A DNA stretch of 54,725 nt. Source: a virus. Taxonomy: Duplodnaviria > Caudoviricetes. The DNA is taken from IMG/VR virus record IMGVR_UViG_3300033485_000016, positions 1 through 54,725 of that record. One strand, written 5' to 3'. The position numbers were made by a program, and so were the translations under genes. Positions 9,277 through 17,916 of this stretch are shown here, one piece after another. Position 1 is the stretch's first letter. The number at the start of each line of letters is the position of its first letter. The notes under the pieces were generated by a model. That model was not told the origin of the DNA. It did not search any database and worked only from the letters and a program-made list of their open reading frames with translations.

Positions 9277-9651
9277 ATGATGATGCCAAACCCGCCCAAG
9301 GTGAACGGTGAGGACCGAGGTTACCAGATCTTCAGGTTTGTGATGGAGACCGGAGTCACCGAGACCGTGGAGAGCCTCGACCTGGAGAGAGCTTTGGCTG
9401 CCTCGACCATTGCGGTCGCCAGGGGCAGGGAGATCTCTGGGCGCATTGCAGACAGTGTTGCCTGCATCAGGCGGCAGATCGTCGTCACCCTTGAGATCAG
9501 GAAGAGGGTGGACAAGGAGTTGGCTGAGGTGCCCAAGGTTGAGCCTGCCAAGCCCATCGCGGACGGGGGCAAGGGCGCAAGGTTGCAGCCCAAGCCCAAG
9601 GTGCAGCCGCCGGCAATGTTCAGAGTGAAGGCAGGGAGTGATCCCTTGTAG
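9277..9651 (+). CDS. Hypothetical protein
   Basis: Co-oriented ORF in the early operon. Confidence 0.6.
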   Translation: MMMPNPPKVNGEDRGYQIFRFVMETGVTETVESLDLERALAASTIAVARGREISGRIADSVACIRRQIVVTLEIRKRVDKELAEVPKVEPAKPIADGGKGARLQPKPKVQPPAMFRVKAGSDPL

Positions 9652-9663
9652 GGAGAACCTACT

Positions 9664-9852
9664 GTGGAGATGAAATTCGACCTGACGCAAAGCGAGGCGG
9701 TTGCGCTCCTGGTGGCATTGCGAAACGCCTACCTTGTTTACCTGGAGAGTGGAGACAAGGGTGGGTACTGGCAGGACCGTGCCAAGGAGGTTGATGAGGT
9801 ATATCTGCGCCTCGCCAGCCAGTATAGGGAGCAGCTAGAGCAGAAGAGGTAA
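9664..9852 (+). CDS. Hypothetical protein
   Basis: Short ORF with RBS. Confidence 0.55.
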   Translation: MEMKFDLTQSEAVALLVALRNAYLVYLESGDKGGYWQDRAKEVDEVYLRLASQYREQLEQKR

Positions 9853-9953
9853 GGGACCATGGACGGGAAATGCCACAGGCACCTCGCACCTGAGTATGAC
9901 GCCTACTGTGCGGTGCTAAGAGAACTTCGGTTGAAGCCATTGAGCTATCGCCA

Positions 9954-10190
9954 ATGGTGGAGGGCAGTGAGATGAAGACCATTGAGCGCAAGGTTGTGCC
10001 AACAGCCTACACGGCGATCAGGACCAGGATCTGGGTAGGACCGACAATCTGCGAGCGGCTGGAGAATGGGCAGTTGGAGCTAGTCCTGCCTGAGGATTGC
10101 CACCTCTATCTGGTCGGCACAGAGTACGTCTACATCAATGCGCCGGAGGGGGCTGACCTGAGCCACCTCAAGTTTGTGTCGAGGGATTGA
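9954..10190 (+). CDS. Hypothetical protein
   Basis: Short ORF coupled to the downstream gene. Confidence 0.5.
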   Translation: MVEGSEMKTIERKVVPTAYTAIRTRIWVGPTICERLENGQLELVLPEDCHLYLVGTEYVYINAPEGADLSHLKFVSRD

Positions 10191-10459
10191 GCTATGAGGG
10201 ACTGACAATGGCAAGTGAAGCATTCGACCTGGAGACTGGAGAGAGGCTGGAGACAGATCTCTTTGGGGATTACTACGATCCCGCCATGGTTGCAGCGAGT
10301 GAGAGGTGCTACCTGACGGGGCACCCTGTGGCGGTATTGAGAGAGGAGAGGCTGGCCTGGGTGCTCTACCCTGGTGAGAGGCTGGCGAATGGGCGGGTTG
10401 TGGCGCTTGAGTATGTGGATGTGGCGTTTGAGGAACAGGTGTTGTGGGAGGCGGCATGA
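10187..10459 (+). CDS. Hypothetical acidic protein
   Basis: Short ORF coupled to its neighbours. Confidence 0.5.
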   Translation: MSYEGLTMASEAFDLETGERLETDLFGDYYDPAMVAASERCYLTGHPVAVLREERLAWVLYPGERLANGRVVALEYVDVAFEEQVLWEAA

Positions 10460-10638
10460 AGGTCTTTGCGCTGGCCTACGAGACCCAGGGCGGCGAGCAT
10501 GGAGACTTCATCTACTACGCTCACCGCGAGCATGCAGACGCGCATTGTGAGAAGAACAACCAGCGTGTGGAGACTAGCAAGGTACTGGGTGTGAAGAGGT
10601 GGTACGTGCGCCCGCTGCATGTGAAGGAAGAGCTATGA
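10444..10638 (+). CDS. Hypothetical protein (likely start ATG 10456)
   Basis: ATGA overlaps at both ends. Confidence 0.5.
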   Translation: MGGGMKVFALAYETQGGEHGDFIYYAHREHADAHCEKNNQRVETSKVLGVKRWYVRPLHVKEEL

Positions 10639-11096
10639 CCTGGGTCTATGACGACGGAGGTCGCAAGGCTGCCGGGTATTCCGAGAAGCGCGGCGACTGC
10701 GTGACCAGGGCGATTGCGATTGCCACAGGTTTGCCTTATCAGGTTGTCTTCGATGGGTTGAAGGCAGAAGCCGAGAGGGAGAGGCCCAGGCTCAGGTGGC
10801 ATAAGGGAGAGCAGGGGAGGAAGGAGTTCACCAGACGCAAATCCTCTGTGAGCCATGGTGTGAAGCCGGCGACGACTAGGAGGTATCTGGACAAACTGGG
10901 GTGGGAGTTTGTGCCCTGCATGGCAGTGGGAACTGGGTGCAAGGTGCATCTGAGGAAGAGCGAGCTACCCAAGGGGAGGCTGATCATCAGGTGCTCCCTG
11001 CATCTCACGGCAGTAATCGATGGGGTGATTCACGATACGTATGACCCCTCCAGGCAAGGGACACGATGCGTGTATGGGTACTGGAGGAAGCGGTGA
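10635..11096 (+). CDS. Conserved phage protein with putative papain-like Cys-His-Asp triad
   Basis: DGGR..AG, GDCVTRAIAIA (Cys), HLTAVIDG (His), HDTYD (Asp), CVYGYW; ATGA-coupled start at 10635. Confidence 0.6.
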   Translation: MTWVYDDGGRKAAGYSEKRGDCVTRAIAIATGLPYQVVFDGLKAEAERERPRLRWHKGEQGRKEFTRRKSSVSHGVKPATTRRYLDKLGWEFVPCMAVGTGCKVHLRKSELPKGRLIIRCSLHLTAVIDGVIHDTYDPSRQGTRCVYGYWRKR

Positions 11097-11278
11097 GCAA
11101 GGAGGCCGCTCAGGTGACGACAATCCGGCAGAAAACCACAGCATGGTTTTACGAGTGCCCGGTCTGTCACCACTCATGGGCTGAAATGGCTCAGGAAGAC
11201 AATACTGCTGGCCTTGACAAGGAGAGGCAAGAGAAACACTGTAGGAAACACCGAGCCAGGAAGGAGCAGGTTGCATGA
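11066..11278 (+). CDS. Small zinc-ribbon protein
   Basis: CPVC...HC..H; coupled to neighbours. Confidence 0.5.
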   Translation: MRVWVLEEAVSKEAAQVTTIRQKTTAWFYECPVCHHSWAEMAQEDNTAGLDKERQEKHCRKHRARKEQVA

Positions 11279-11466
11279 AACGCAAGGTGCGCTGGTTGGT
11301 GCAGGCGCGAATTGATCATGCGACGATCACTTTGTGCGTGTATGAGGAGACGTTGGAAGCGGCAAGGAGGGAGGTGCTAAAGCGGCATCCTGATTGGCAG
11401 ATCATCCAGGTGTTTGAGCAGTCGGATATGCTCACCGATGTGATGAGGTTGGTGGGTGTATCGTGA
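11275..11466 (+). CDS. Hypothetical protein
   Basis: AAGGAG RBS, ATGA overlap. Confidence 0.55.
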   Translation: MKRKVRWLVQARIDHATITLCVYEETLEAARREVLKRHPDWQIIQVFEQSDMLTDVMRLVGVS

Positions 11467-11618
11467 AATGCGAGGGCTGTGGCAAGGAGTTTGTAGCGAA
11501 GAAGGACGATAAGGTGCGTGACAGACCAAGGGTGTTCTGTAGCAGAATGTGCGCCAGGGCTTATCAGAAGCGTTTGTGGTGGGCAGGGAGGAAGATTACA
11601 GTCAAGTCAACCCGCTGA
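11463..11618 (+). CDS. Small treble-clef zinc-finger protein (51 aa)
   Basis: GTG start overlapping the upstream stop; CEGCGKEF...FCSRMC. Confidence 0.6.
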   Translation: MKCEGCGKEFVAKKDDKVRDRPRVFCSRMCARAYQKRLWWAGRKITVKSTR

Positions 11619-11782
11619 GGCTCGCCGCACTGCGGCAGCATAATGTCGCCTTGCAGCAACATTGCGTGCTGAGGTAGGAATAAGGTTGACTTCCAAGATC
11701 ACGTTGGGTATGTTCATCGGGTGGTCCCGAGTAGTAGAATCCGGCCCAGCGTGACCACAGGAAGGATTCAGGCGTAATATCG

Positions 11783-11980
11783 ATGAAAGAGCCTATCTTC
11801 ACCGAGGCTCAAATCGGGATGATGTTTGAGTTCCTAAAGGAGATTGCGTCAGGTAGTGTTTGTGACTGGTGCCTGCAAGGAGAAACTGGGTGCACGGGTT
11901 GCAAGCTCGCCCAGGAACTCCTGGCAGAGATTGAGGCTGCCCAGCCAGAGGCCCAGGCAGCCCAGCTAAAGATCAGTTGA
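11783..11980 (+). CDS. Hypothetical Cys-containing protein
   Basis: CDWC..CTGC; last gene before a convergent hairpin. Confidence 0.5.
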   Translation: MKEPIFTEAQIGMMFEFLKEIASGSVCDWCLQGETGCTGCKLAQELLAEIEAAQPEAQAAQLKIS

Positions 11981-11984
11981 GGCA

Positions 11985-12018
11985 GGGGGGGGGGGTGAAC
12001 GCCTTTACCCCCTCTTCC
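11985..12018. terminator. Hairpin between convergent genes
   Basis: GGGGGTGAA...TTACCCCC stem at the +/- junction. Confidence 0.45.
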
Positions 12019-12253
12019 GAAACGACGCCAGCATCTCCCCATCCTCCCGCCAAGTAACCCGCATAACGAGATCTCCCTCCACCGGCCAGTCATACCAGAC
12101 TGCCTCGATCCCGTTGCCTACGCCTTCATGCGCGTAGCCTTGAGGGCACTCTGGGGCAGGGGTGAGGTCGTAGGCTTCTTCGACCTCCAGGCTCCGCTTG
12201 GGATCCCAGTGTGCACGTTTGGAGTCACTGTAATGCTTCATGGTAGGCTCCAT
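12005..12253 (-). CDS. Hypothetical protein
   Basis: AGGAGGAGG RBS before ATG 12253; operator palindrome and promoter upstream. Confidence 0.6.
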   Translation of the reverse strand: MEPTMKHYSDSKRAHWDPKRSLEVEEAYDLTPAPECPQGYAHEGVGNGIEAVWYDWPVEGDLVMRVTWREDGEMLASFRKRG

Positions 12254-12289
12254 GATTCCTCCTCCTGGCACTGTGATACCATACTGCGG

Positions 12290-12307
12290 CAAGTTTGAGC
12301 AAACTTA
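12290..12307. promoter_or_regulatory. Operator-like palindrome CAAGTTTG-N2-CAAACTTA
   Basis: 15/16 match to the perfect palindrome at 26314; overlaps a -35-like TTGCTC on the - strand. Confidence 0.6.
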
Positions 12308-13240
12308 GTCGTCGTCGGCAGGGGACCAAGTGAGGTCGAGGCAGTAGGAGCCGTAGGAAGGGACAGCAATCAGCCCGTCCTTTTGGAGACCCTTCAAGAG
12401 CCTGTCGAGGGTGCGAGAGGACATATCGCGGATCTTCTCTAGGAGCTTCTCCCTGGAGATGAGAGACCCGTCGATGGGGAACTGGCGAATGACGTGGAGA
12501 CCTTTGTTGCCGTGTTTGTCGTAGGCTTCATACCAGGACTCAGGCGGCTCCAGGAACTGACCGCGCTGCCCTGAGCGGACTAGGTGGAAGGACTTGGCCT
12601 CTTCGGATCGAGTGGCAATGGTAAGAAGATGAAAGGGTCCGTTGATCTCTTCAGGGACTTGGAGGATGATTTGAGAGCCGACATAGCCGGTGAAGGCAAC
12701 AGAACCGGAGGCGCGATCTTGGGGACGGGAGTACTTGGCGTCCACCCTTACCTTGTTGGTATGGTGCGTCCCTACGATGCAGACTCCATGGGCCTTGGCC
12801 CATCGGTTGAAGCTGATGAGGAGAGGGGCGACTATGTTGTAGGAGTTCAGGTCGCCTCGCATGAGGGGGCCAATGGGGTCAATGATGAGGAGGTCCACGT
12901 CCTTGAAGGTGGAGAGGAGAGCGTCCCGGAAGGCTTCTGTGTCGTGCTCCCATTGCTTGAGAGAGATCATCGGGTCATCCACCAAGGTGCGGAGCTTGAT
13001 GCTAGAGGCATCCACCCCACAGGCATCTGCGATCTCACGGTAGTCATCCCAGGTGCGGTCGCAAGCGATGTAGCCGATCTTGAGGTTGGGTGGGGGGTAG
13101 TAGGTATCCAGCCACGCAGAACCTGTTTGCTGACAAGCGATTAGCTGCATGAGGAGCGTGGTTTTGCCACCTTGAGGAGGCCCAACAAAGAGATTGAGTT
13201 GCTCATGGGGCAAGAGACCTGGAACCAGATATGAGGACAT
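12305..13240 (-). CDS. AAA_25 / RSF1010 RepA-like (SF4) helicase-type ATPase with C-terminal winged HTH
   Basis: Walker A GPPQGGKTT, Walker B LLIIDP, HHTNK, RASGS.AF; C-terminal SSRTLDRLLKGL..DGLI. Confidence 0.8.
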   Translation of the reverse strand: MSSYLVPGLLPHEQLNLFVGPPQGGKTTLLMQLIACQQTGSAWLDTYYPPPNLKIGYIACDRTWDDYREIADACGVDASSIKLRTLVDDPMISLKQWEHDTEAFRDALLSTFKDVDLLIIDPIGPLMRGDLNSYNIVAPLLISFNRWAKAHGVCIVGTHHTNKVRVDAKYSRPQDRASGSVAFTGYVGSQIILQVPEEINGPFHLLTIATRSEEAKSFHLVRSGQRGQFLEPPESWYEAYDKHGNKGLHVIRQFPIDGSLISREKLLEKIRDMSSRTLDRLLKGLQKDGLIAVPSYGSYCLDLTWSPADDD

Positions 13241-13290
13241 TTGCCCTAGCTTCGCTTGTTATGCTTGTCAAGTTTGACTAAAGTAGTGAT

Positions 13291-13752
13291 ATGACAGAGG
13301 TGGTCAATATGACCCCAGTGCCGACGCCGAATGAGCCGATCATGTGTGCCGTGTGTGGGCAGATGCTGCTCGCCCACTTCGCGCCGAATGGTGCATGGAT
13401 GGGATGCTACGACCTTCCTGATACGGAAGTAGTTGTTACCCCAACCAACATCAAGTACATGTTCCAAATGACGGGGGAGGCTCACGGCATTGCAGTGAAG
13501 CGGGCACGGGAGGTCGCAGCGGGGCCACGCCCGAGAGTGAAGTATGCCCTGAAGAAGAACGTCAAGGGGCAAGAGAAGCTTGCCAAGGAACTCACTGGGC
13601 AGACCAAGGCTTTGTATCAGCATCTGTCAACGGTGGTTGATGGGGTGACCGTGCCTGCCATCTGTGAGAGCCTGCACATGAAGCCGACGAGTGTGGAGTT
13701 TGCGCTGTGGAAGCTCAAGAAAGCGGGACTCCTCGAAAGCCTGCCGCTGTAA
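13291..13752 (+). CDS. Regulator-like protein with C-terminal winged HTH
   Basis: VTVPAICESLHMKPTSVEFALWKLKKAGLL; N-terminal C..C..H..C. Confidence 0.65.
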   Translation: MTEVVNMTPVPTPNEPIMCAVCGQMLLAHFAPNGAWMGCYDLPDTEVVVTPTNIKYMFQMTGEAHGIAVKRAREVAAGPRPRVKYALKKNVKGQEKLAKELTGQTKALYQHLSTVVDGVTVPAICESLHMKPTSVEFALWKLKKAGLLESLPL

Positions 13753-13754
13753 AA

Positions 13755-13790
13755 GGAAAAGGGGAGACGCAAAGCCTCCCCTTCTCTTCC
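13755..13790. terminator. Bidirectional terminator-like hairpin
   Basis: AAGGGGAG..GCAAA..CTCCCCTT between convergent genes. Confidence 0.6.
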
Positions 13791-13793
13791 CGC

Positions 13794-14213
13794 CTACTGC
13801 TTAACGCTCACACTTCCGGGGGTTTTTGGCCCCGAGACATGACCGAAAGGGTTTGAGGGGGTGCTCTCCCCAACCCCAGTTGGGCCAATGGCTGCCACCG
13901 TGGCGCGGTATTGCGTCGTGGGCGACAAGGGCAGTGACCCGATGACGGTCAGGATCTCCGCTCGCACCACCCCATCAGTGCCTGGGGCGGGCTTGCCCAG
14001 GTTGGTCACTTGCATGGGAGCCGCCGCACCCTCGATGTAGATGCGGAACTCGTAGTAGGTGACCATGGGTGACCCGTCTGGCAGGGTCACGCTGTGGTCG
14101 GCGGAGGGAATGAACTCCACCTTGGAGGGATTGGCGACATAGGTCTGCGCCGATCCCACGGTCGAAACGAGCACAAACAGTCCAGCTAGGGCGAGATTCT
14201 TCCTCACTCGCAC
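13794..14213 (-). CDS. Secreted FN3/Ig-like 'SADH' domain protein (moron-like)
   Basis: N-terminal signal peptide (RKNLALAGLFVLVSTVGSA|Q); F.PSADH...LGKP...YRATVAAIGPTG; own promoter and terminator; opposite strand to neighbours. Confidence 0.75.
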   Translation of the reverse strand: MRVRKNLALAGLFVLVSTVGSAQTYVANPSKVEFIPSADHSVTLPDGSPMVTYYEFRIYIEGAAAPMQVTNLGKPAPGTDGVVRAEILTVIGSLPLSPTTQYRATVAAIGPTGVGESTPSNPFGHVSGPKTPGSVSVKQ

Positions 14214-14231
14214 CTCCTTTCGTTGGGGTCC

Positions 14232-14283
14232 ACCTTACCACTTGGCGCAAGGTGTTGACAACCTTGCCGCAATATTGTAAGGT
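14232..14283. promoter_or_regulatory. Overlapping divergent sigma70-type promoters
   Basis: + strand TTGACA-17-TAAGGT (14255-14283); - strand TTGTCA-18-TAAGGT. Confidence 0.6.
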
Positions 14284-14309
14284 ATCCTCACGCTCGGGGA
14301 GGGCGGGGG

Positions 14310-15389
14310 ATGCCAATCAGGTTGGTAGATCGGTCCAGGGTGGAATTGGACTGGACGTGCCCCAGGGCGCGGTTCTGGTCTACGGAGTTTGAAGGACGGG
14401 GGATTGCACCCCAGGACTCCCGCACTGAACTGATCTTCGGATCAACCTTACACGGGGCTTTCGCTACGGTGCTGTCAGGTGCCATGGCGGATCCCGCTCT
14501 CCTCGCGGCGTCAATCAGGACAGAACTACTTACCGTCGATAGCAATCTGGCTCTCATTGGAGAGGGGTTGTTCTGGGCGTTTCTGCGCTATTTCCACCCC
14601 TGGCTCATGCAGCAATACGAGGTCGTGAGCCTGGAGAAAGAGGTGACGCTGCACCTGGGCAACGCTTGGTGCTGCTCGGATCACGGCGAGACCCCCATCT
14701 ACCTCATGGTCAAGCCGGATTGCATCCTGAGGCGCAAGACAGATCGCACCCTCTGGTATGTCGAGTGGAAGACCACCGGGTTCAACAATGAAAAGTGGAT
14801 CAACTCATGGCGGAGTGCAATTCAACTCCATGCCGGCTGTGTGGCAATCGAGCGTGAGTTGGGTGAGGAACTAGCGGGGAGTATGGTCGTCGGCCTTTAT
14901 AAGGGCTACAAATCAAACGGCACCCTCTACTCTCCGCTAGTGGCGGCTTACTACAAGGCCGGAGTGCCGGGGGTCATTCCCGATCAGTGGAGGCTGGAGT
15001 GGACTAAGGGCTGGGAAAGAACGTCCCTCCAGTTCTACCCAGGCGGGATGCAGGCGTGGGTGAAGCAATTGGCATTGGAGAAGGTGAGGGAGTTGTTCCC
15101 TACCACGCCCGCGATTCCTGTCAATCGGGAGATGGTCGAGAGCTTCGTTCAACAGCAGTTCTATCGGGAGCGGCAGATCCTGGAATACGCCAACGGCAAT
15201 TGGGCATTGGACGAGGTATTTCCTCAGCACTTCCGATCCTGCACTCCGGCCTTTGGGAATGCGTGTCCGTTCAGGGACGCCTGCTGGTGCCCGACAGTAG
15301 GGGAGGATCCCTTGGCTTCGGGCCTCTATCGGCGGAGAGAGCCTCACCACCAGATGGAGATCGATCAGATGGAGGGAGGAGATGAGTAG
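14310..15389 (+). CDS. Cas4/RecB-like PD-(D/E)XK exonuclease
   Basis: CPR, FGSTLH, EKE, KPD..VEWKT, QL..G, C-terminal C..CPFRDAC Fe-S-type cysteines. Confidence 0.85.
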   Translation: MPIRLVDRSRVELDWTCPRARFWSTEFEGRGIAPQDSRTELIFGSTLHGAFATVLSGAMADPALLAASIRTELLTVDSNLALIGEGLFWAFLRYFHPWLMQQYEVVSLEKEVTLHLGNAWCCSDHGETPIYLMVKPDCILRRKTDRTLWYVEWKTTGFNNEKWINSWRSAIQLHAGCVAIERELGEELAGSMVVGLYKGYKSNGTLYSPLVAAYYKAGVPGVIPDQWRLEWTKGWERTSLQFYPGGMQAWVKQLALEKVRELFPTTPAIPVNREMVESFVQQQFYRERQILEYANGNWALDEVFPQHFRSCTPAFGNACPFRDACWCPTVGEDPLASGLYRRREPHHQMEIDQMEGGDE

Positions 15390-15582
15390 GTCACACCGGG
15401 AGTGGAAGGGAGCGAGGGCGGTAGAGGAGGCTACCCAGTTTGTGCTGCGAGTGGCGAAGGGAGTCGTCACCCTCGATAGCTCAAAGACGTTCTTCTACGA
15501 CTCCAAGAAACCCCCAGGGTTGCGGGTGTTGGCGGCATTGGATTTTCTCAAGCGATGCGGCCACGGCGTCATGGTGAGGTAG
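15382..15582 (+). CDS. Hypothetical protein
   Basis: GGAGGA RBS; overlaps the upstream gene. Confidence 0.5.
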   Translation: MSRSHREWKGARAVEEATQFVLRVAKGVVTLDSSKTFFYDSKKPPGLRVLAALDFLKRCGHGVMVR

Positions 15583-15584
15583 TC

Positions 15585-15794
15585 ATGCCAAGGGTTCTGC
15601 CCAGGGAGACCACACGGGAGGTGGAGTTGTGCAGTGAGGCAATCCTTGCTGCGCTCGATGAATTCGGTGAGAAGGACATTGGGGTCATTCTCGCCGGGAT
15701 GGCGGATGCCATTCAGGACATTGCCGCCAGGGAGCCGGATCTAGAGGAGCAAGCTCTCGATGAGGTGGTGAGTCGGTTGGACAACTGGGAGTAA
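15585..15794 (+). CDS. Hypothetical acidic protein
   Basis: GAGGT RBS before ATG 15585. Confidence 0.55.
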   Translation: MPRVLPRETTREVELCSEAILAALDEFGEKDIGVILAGMADAIQDIAAREPDLEEQALDEVVSRLDNWE

Positions 15795-15796
15795 GG

Positions 15797-16285
15797 ATGG
15801 AGAGCCTGAGGGGACTGGCGTTAGCCATCCTCAACCGGGCACTCCTCGATCTTGGGAGCAAGCGGCAATGCGACTGCGGGTGTTGGAAGACCCGTGGGGA
15901 GTGTGCAGCGGCGTTTCTCCAGGATGAAGCCTGCGAGATCTGGTGCTACCACGCTGGGATTGATGTAGCGAGTTTACGAAATGCTGACGACGGGAAGTTT
16001 GCTCGTTATCGGAGAAACCGGGTCAGGCAAAACCACCCAAATCGGGGAGGTCGCCGTAAGCGTCAAGAAGCAAACGGGGCTGAACTGCCGGTTGTACACA
16101 GCAGATCGCGGCGGGGTGGCGTCGATCCAGCACCTGATCGACCTGGGGATCATCGAGGTCGAGAGATTCAGACCGGGGGAGGACGACATCTGGCTGTGGT
16201 TGAGGAAAGCCACAACAGGGCAGAAGAGGGACGACAAGGGCAATTGGTCAGATGGGAAGGAGGGGGTTGGCTTGTTTGCCTTTGA
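15797..16285 (+). CDS. Hypothetical phage protein (plausible core in the first ~65 aa; tail overlaps the ATPase gene)
   Basis: LALAILNRALLD...AAAFL...C..AGID pattern; 300 nt overlap with the next ORF. Confidence 0.45.
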   Translation: MESLRGLALAILNRALLDLGSKRQCDCGCWKTRGECAAAFLQDEACEIWCYHAGIDVASLRNADDGKFARYRRNRVRQNHPNRGGRRKRQEANGAELPVVHSRSRRGGVDPAPDRPGDHRGREIQTGGGRHLAVVEESHNRAEEGRQGQLVRWEGGGWLVCL

Positions 16286-16835
16286 GAGCATGACGAGTTT
16301 TGCCGAGGAACTCATGCTCGATCTGAGGCGAGAGACGGCAGCGGGAAGGCTGATTGGAGGCAAACCTTCCTTCAGTTTCAAGCGAGGAACGACCACGATT
16401 GCCTCCAATACGGAAACGCACTACGGGCTGGTGCAGGAGACCATGCGGGAGGAGATCTGGAGAAGTCAGAACCTTCCGGGGTTGGGCTTCTGGACGGCGA
16501 GGTTGAAGAGAGATGAGGAGGATGACAAGTCCTCCATGCTGGGGCCGCTGGTGGTGGGGAAGGCGTTGACGACCTTGGTCCCCTCCTGGTTCCGGTGGAC
16601 GTTCAGGATTCAGGGTGTGCCGGGAATGGCGGGTGCTCCGGCTCAGCACATCCTGTGGTTGCAGGAGCATACAGATGGGCAGGTAGGGAGCTACAGCAAC
16701 GCAAGGGTGCCCCTGGCAGGGTTTGCCAAGCTCCCGGCGAAGATCATTCCAGCGTCAGTGCCCGAAGCGTTGGAGTTGGTGGAGAAGGTCCAGCAGGAAG
16801 CAATGCTGGCCGCGAAGAAGGCAATCGGGCTGTGA
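15981..16835 (+). CDS. AAA_24 / Sak4-like ATPase (recombination)
   Basis: Walker A GETGSGKTT, FAFESMT; located between a Cas4-like nuclease and an SSB-like gene. Confidence 0.78.
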   Translation: MLTTGSLLVIGETGSGKTTQIGEVAVSVKKQTGLNCRLYTADRGGVASIQHLIDLGIIEVERFRPGEDDIWLWLRKATTGQKRDDKGNWSDGKEGVGLFAFESMTSFAEELMLDLRRETAAGRLIGGKPSFSFKRGTTTIASNTETHYGLVQETMREEIWRSQNLPGLGFWTARLKRDEEDDKSSMLGPLVVGKALTTLVPSWFRWTFRIQGVPGMAGAPAQHILWLQEHTDGQVGSYSNARVPLAGFAKLPAKIIPASVPEALELVEKVQQEAMLAAKKAIGL

Positions 16836-16840
16836 GGGAA

Positions 16841-17431
16841 ATGATGGAAAGAGCAGAGTTGTTGGCGCAGTTGGCGGAGCCGGAGCAGGTCGATTGGGAC
16901 CACTACCAGGATCCGGGGGCGTATGTGCCGCCGCCCCAGGCGAAGGATGCGAATGGGAGGTTTGTTCGGTTCCTGGCACAGGCTCCACAGACGTTTGAGT
17001 TCGGGGCGACCAAGGAGGGGTACCTCATGGTCAGCTTCGACCTCCAGATCACCGGGACGGTCAAGCAGGACCAACAGGTGAGCTACACCCTGAGGTTCTG
17101 CCGTGCGAGCGTGAAGAAGTTCACCAACCGCAAGACGGGGGAGAGCCTGGAGCAGTCGATGCTGGGGAACTTCCTCCGGGCAGTGGACAAGAGATTGCGG
17201 CCCAGGAGCAACTCCGAATACATCCAGGCGGTCGAGAGCGTGGGTGGCCGCGCCCTGGGGGTCACCATCGACTGGGAGGCGTACGACGCGGAGAGTTCCA
17301 CCCAGGTCGCCCAGCACTACGACGACTTCCCTGGTGAGAACGGCCAGAAGGAACCCTACATCGTCACCGAGGACGGGCGGAAGATCGCGGCACGGGCGGT
17401 AGTGAAGCAGTTCTTCAGCCTGGAGGATTGA
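16841..17431 (+). CDS. Putative single-stranded DNA-binding protein
   Basis: GAGGG RBS before ATG 16841; beta-rich; typical position after a Sak4-like gene. Confidence 0.55.
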   Translation: MMERAELLAQLAEPEQVDWDHYQDPGAYVPPPQAKDANGRFVRFLAQAPQTFEFGATKEGYLMVSFDLQITGTVKQDQQVSYTLRFCRASVKKFTNRKTGESLEQSMLGNFLRAVDKRLRPRSNSEYIQAVESVGGRALGVTIDWEAYDAESSTQVAQHYDDFPGENGQKEPYIVTEDGRKIAARAVVKQFFSLED

Positions 17432-17468
17432 GAGGGGGAGGGGTGACCCTCCCTCCCTCTGCAAGACC

Positions 17469-17639
17469 ATGGACAAGATCATTCACATCGGACAGCTGGC
17501 TGTTGGCGTCTACACCGACTGGGAGGATTGGTTCGTTTGGGCCAATTACACGCTGGAGAGCGATCCCTACATCATCAGGCTTAGCGTGGGGCTTCTCGGG
17601 GTGAACGCCTACGTCGAGTACTACCGTGGCAACAACTGA
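17469..17639 (+). CDS. Hypothetical protein (56 aa)
   Basis: Open frame MDKIIHIGQL... filling the operon gap. Confidence 0.45.
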   Translation: MDKIIHIGQLAVGVYTDWEDWFVWANYTLESDPYIIRLSVGLLGVNAYVEYYRGNN

Positions 17640-17916
17640 ACGAATCACCCTTCAGGTGACCTCTGAGGATATCGAGAACGCGCGGAAGGAGCTTACAGGG
17701 AAGGTAGATGCACTGCATGTCCATGCGTGCCCGGTGTCCCAGGCTCTCCGGCGTAGGTATGGGAAGGTCTATGGCGTGGGGATCAAGCATATCTACCGGA
17801 GGGACGACGACAAGGTGAGAACGCCCCTTCCTGGGCCAGTGCGGGAGTTCATCACCAGATTCGACAATGGGCTGCTGGTTAATCCTGGCGTGTTTGAAAT
17901 CGAGGTTCCACTGTGA
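17626..17916 (+). CDS. Hypothetical phage protein
   Basis: VT.EDI...CPVSQALRR...FI.RFD.G..V.P..FEIEV pattern. Confidence 0.6.
   Translation: MATTERITLQVTSEDIENARKELTGKVDALHVHACPVSQALRRRYGKVYGVGIKHIYRRDDDKVRTPLPGPVREFITRFDNGLLVNPGVFEIEVPL

Noticed and set aside
11700-11757. tRNA-like element ending in CCA
   Set aside because: Only 58 nt, with no paired T-arm or TTC motif and no D-arm; kept only as part of a structured RNA candidate
11985-11995. G11 homopolymer as a phase-variation tract
   Set aside because: Intergenic, part of a terminator-like stem between convergent genes, and its length may be a sequencing artefact
14310-15389. CRISPR-Cas system suggested by the Cas4-like gene
   Set aside because: No repeat-spacer array or other cas genes; context is a standard phage recombination module
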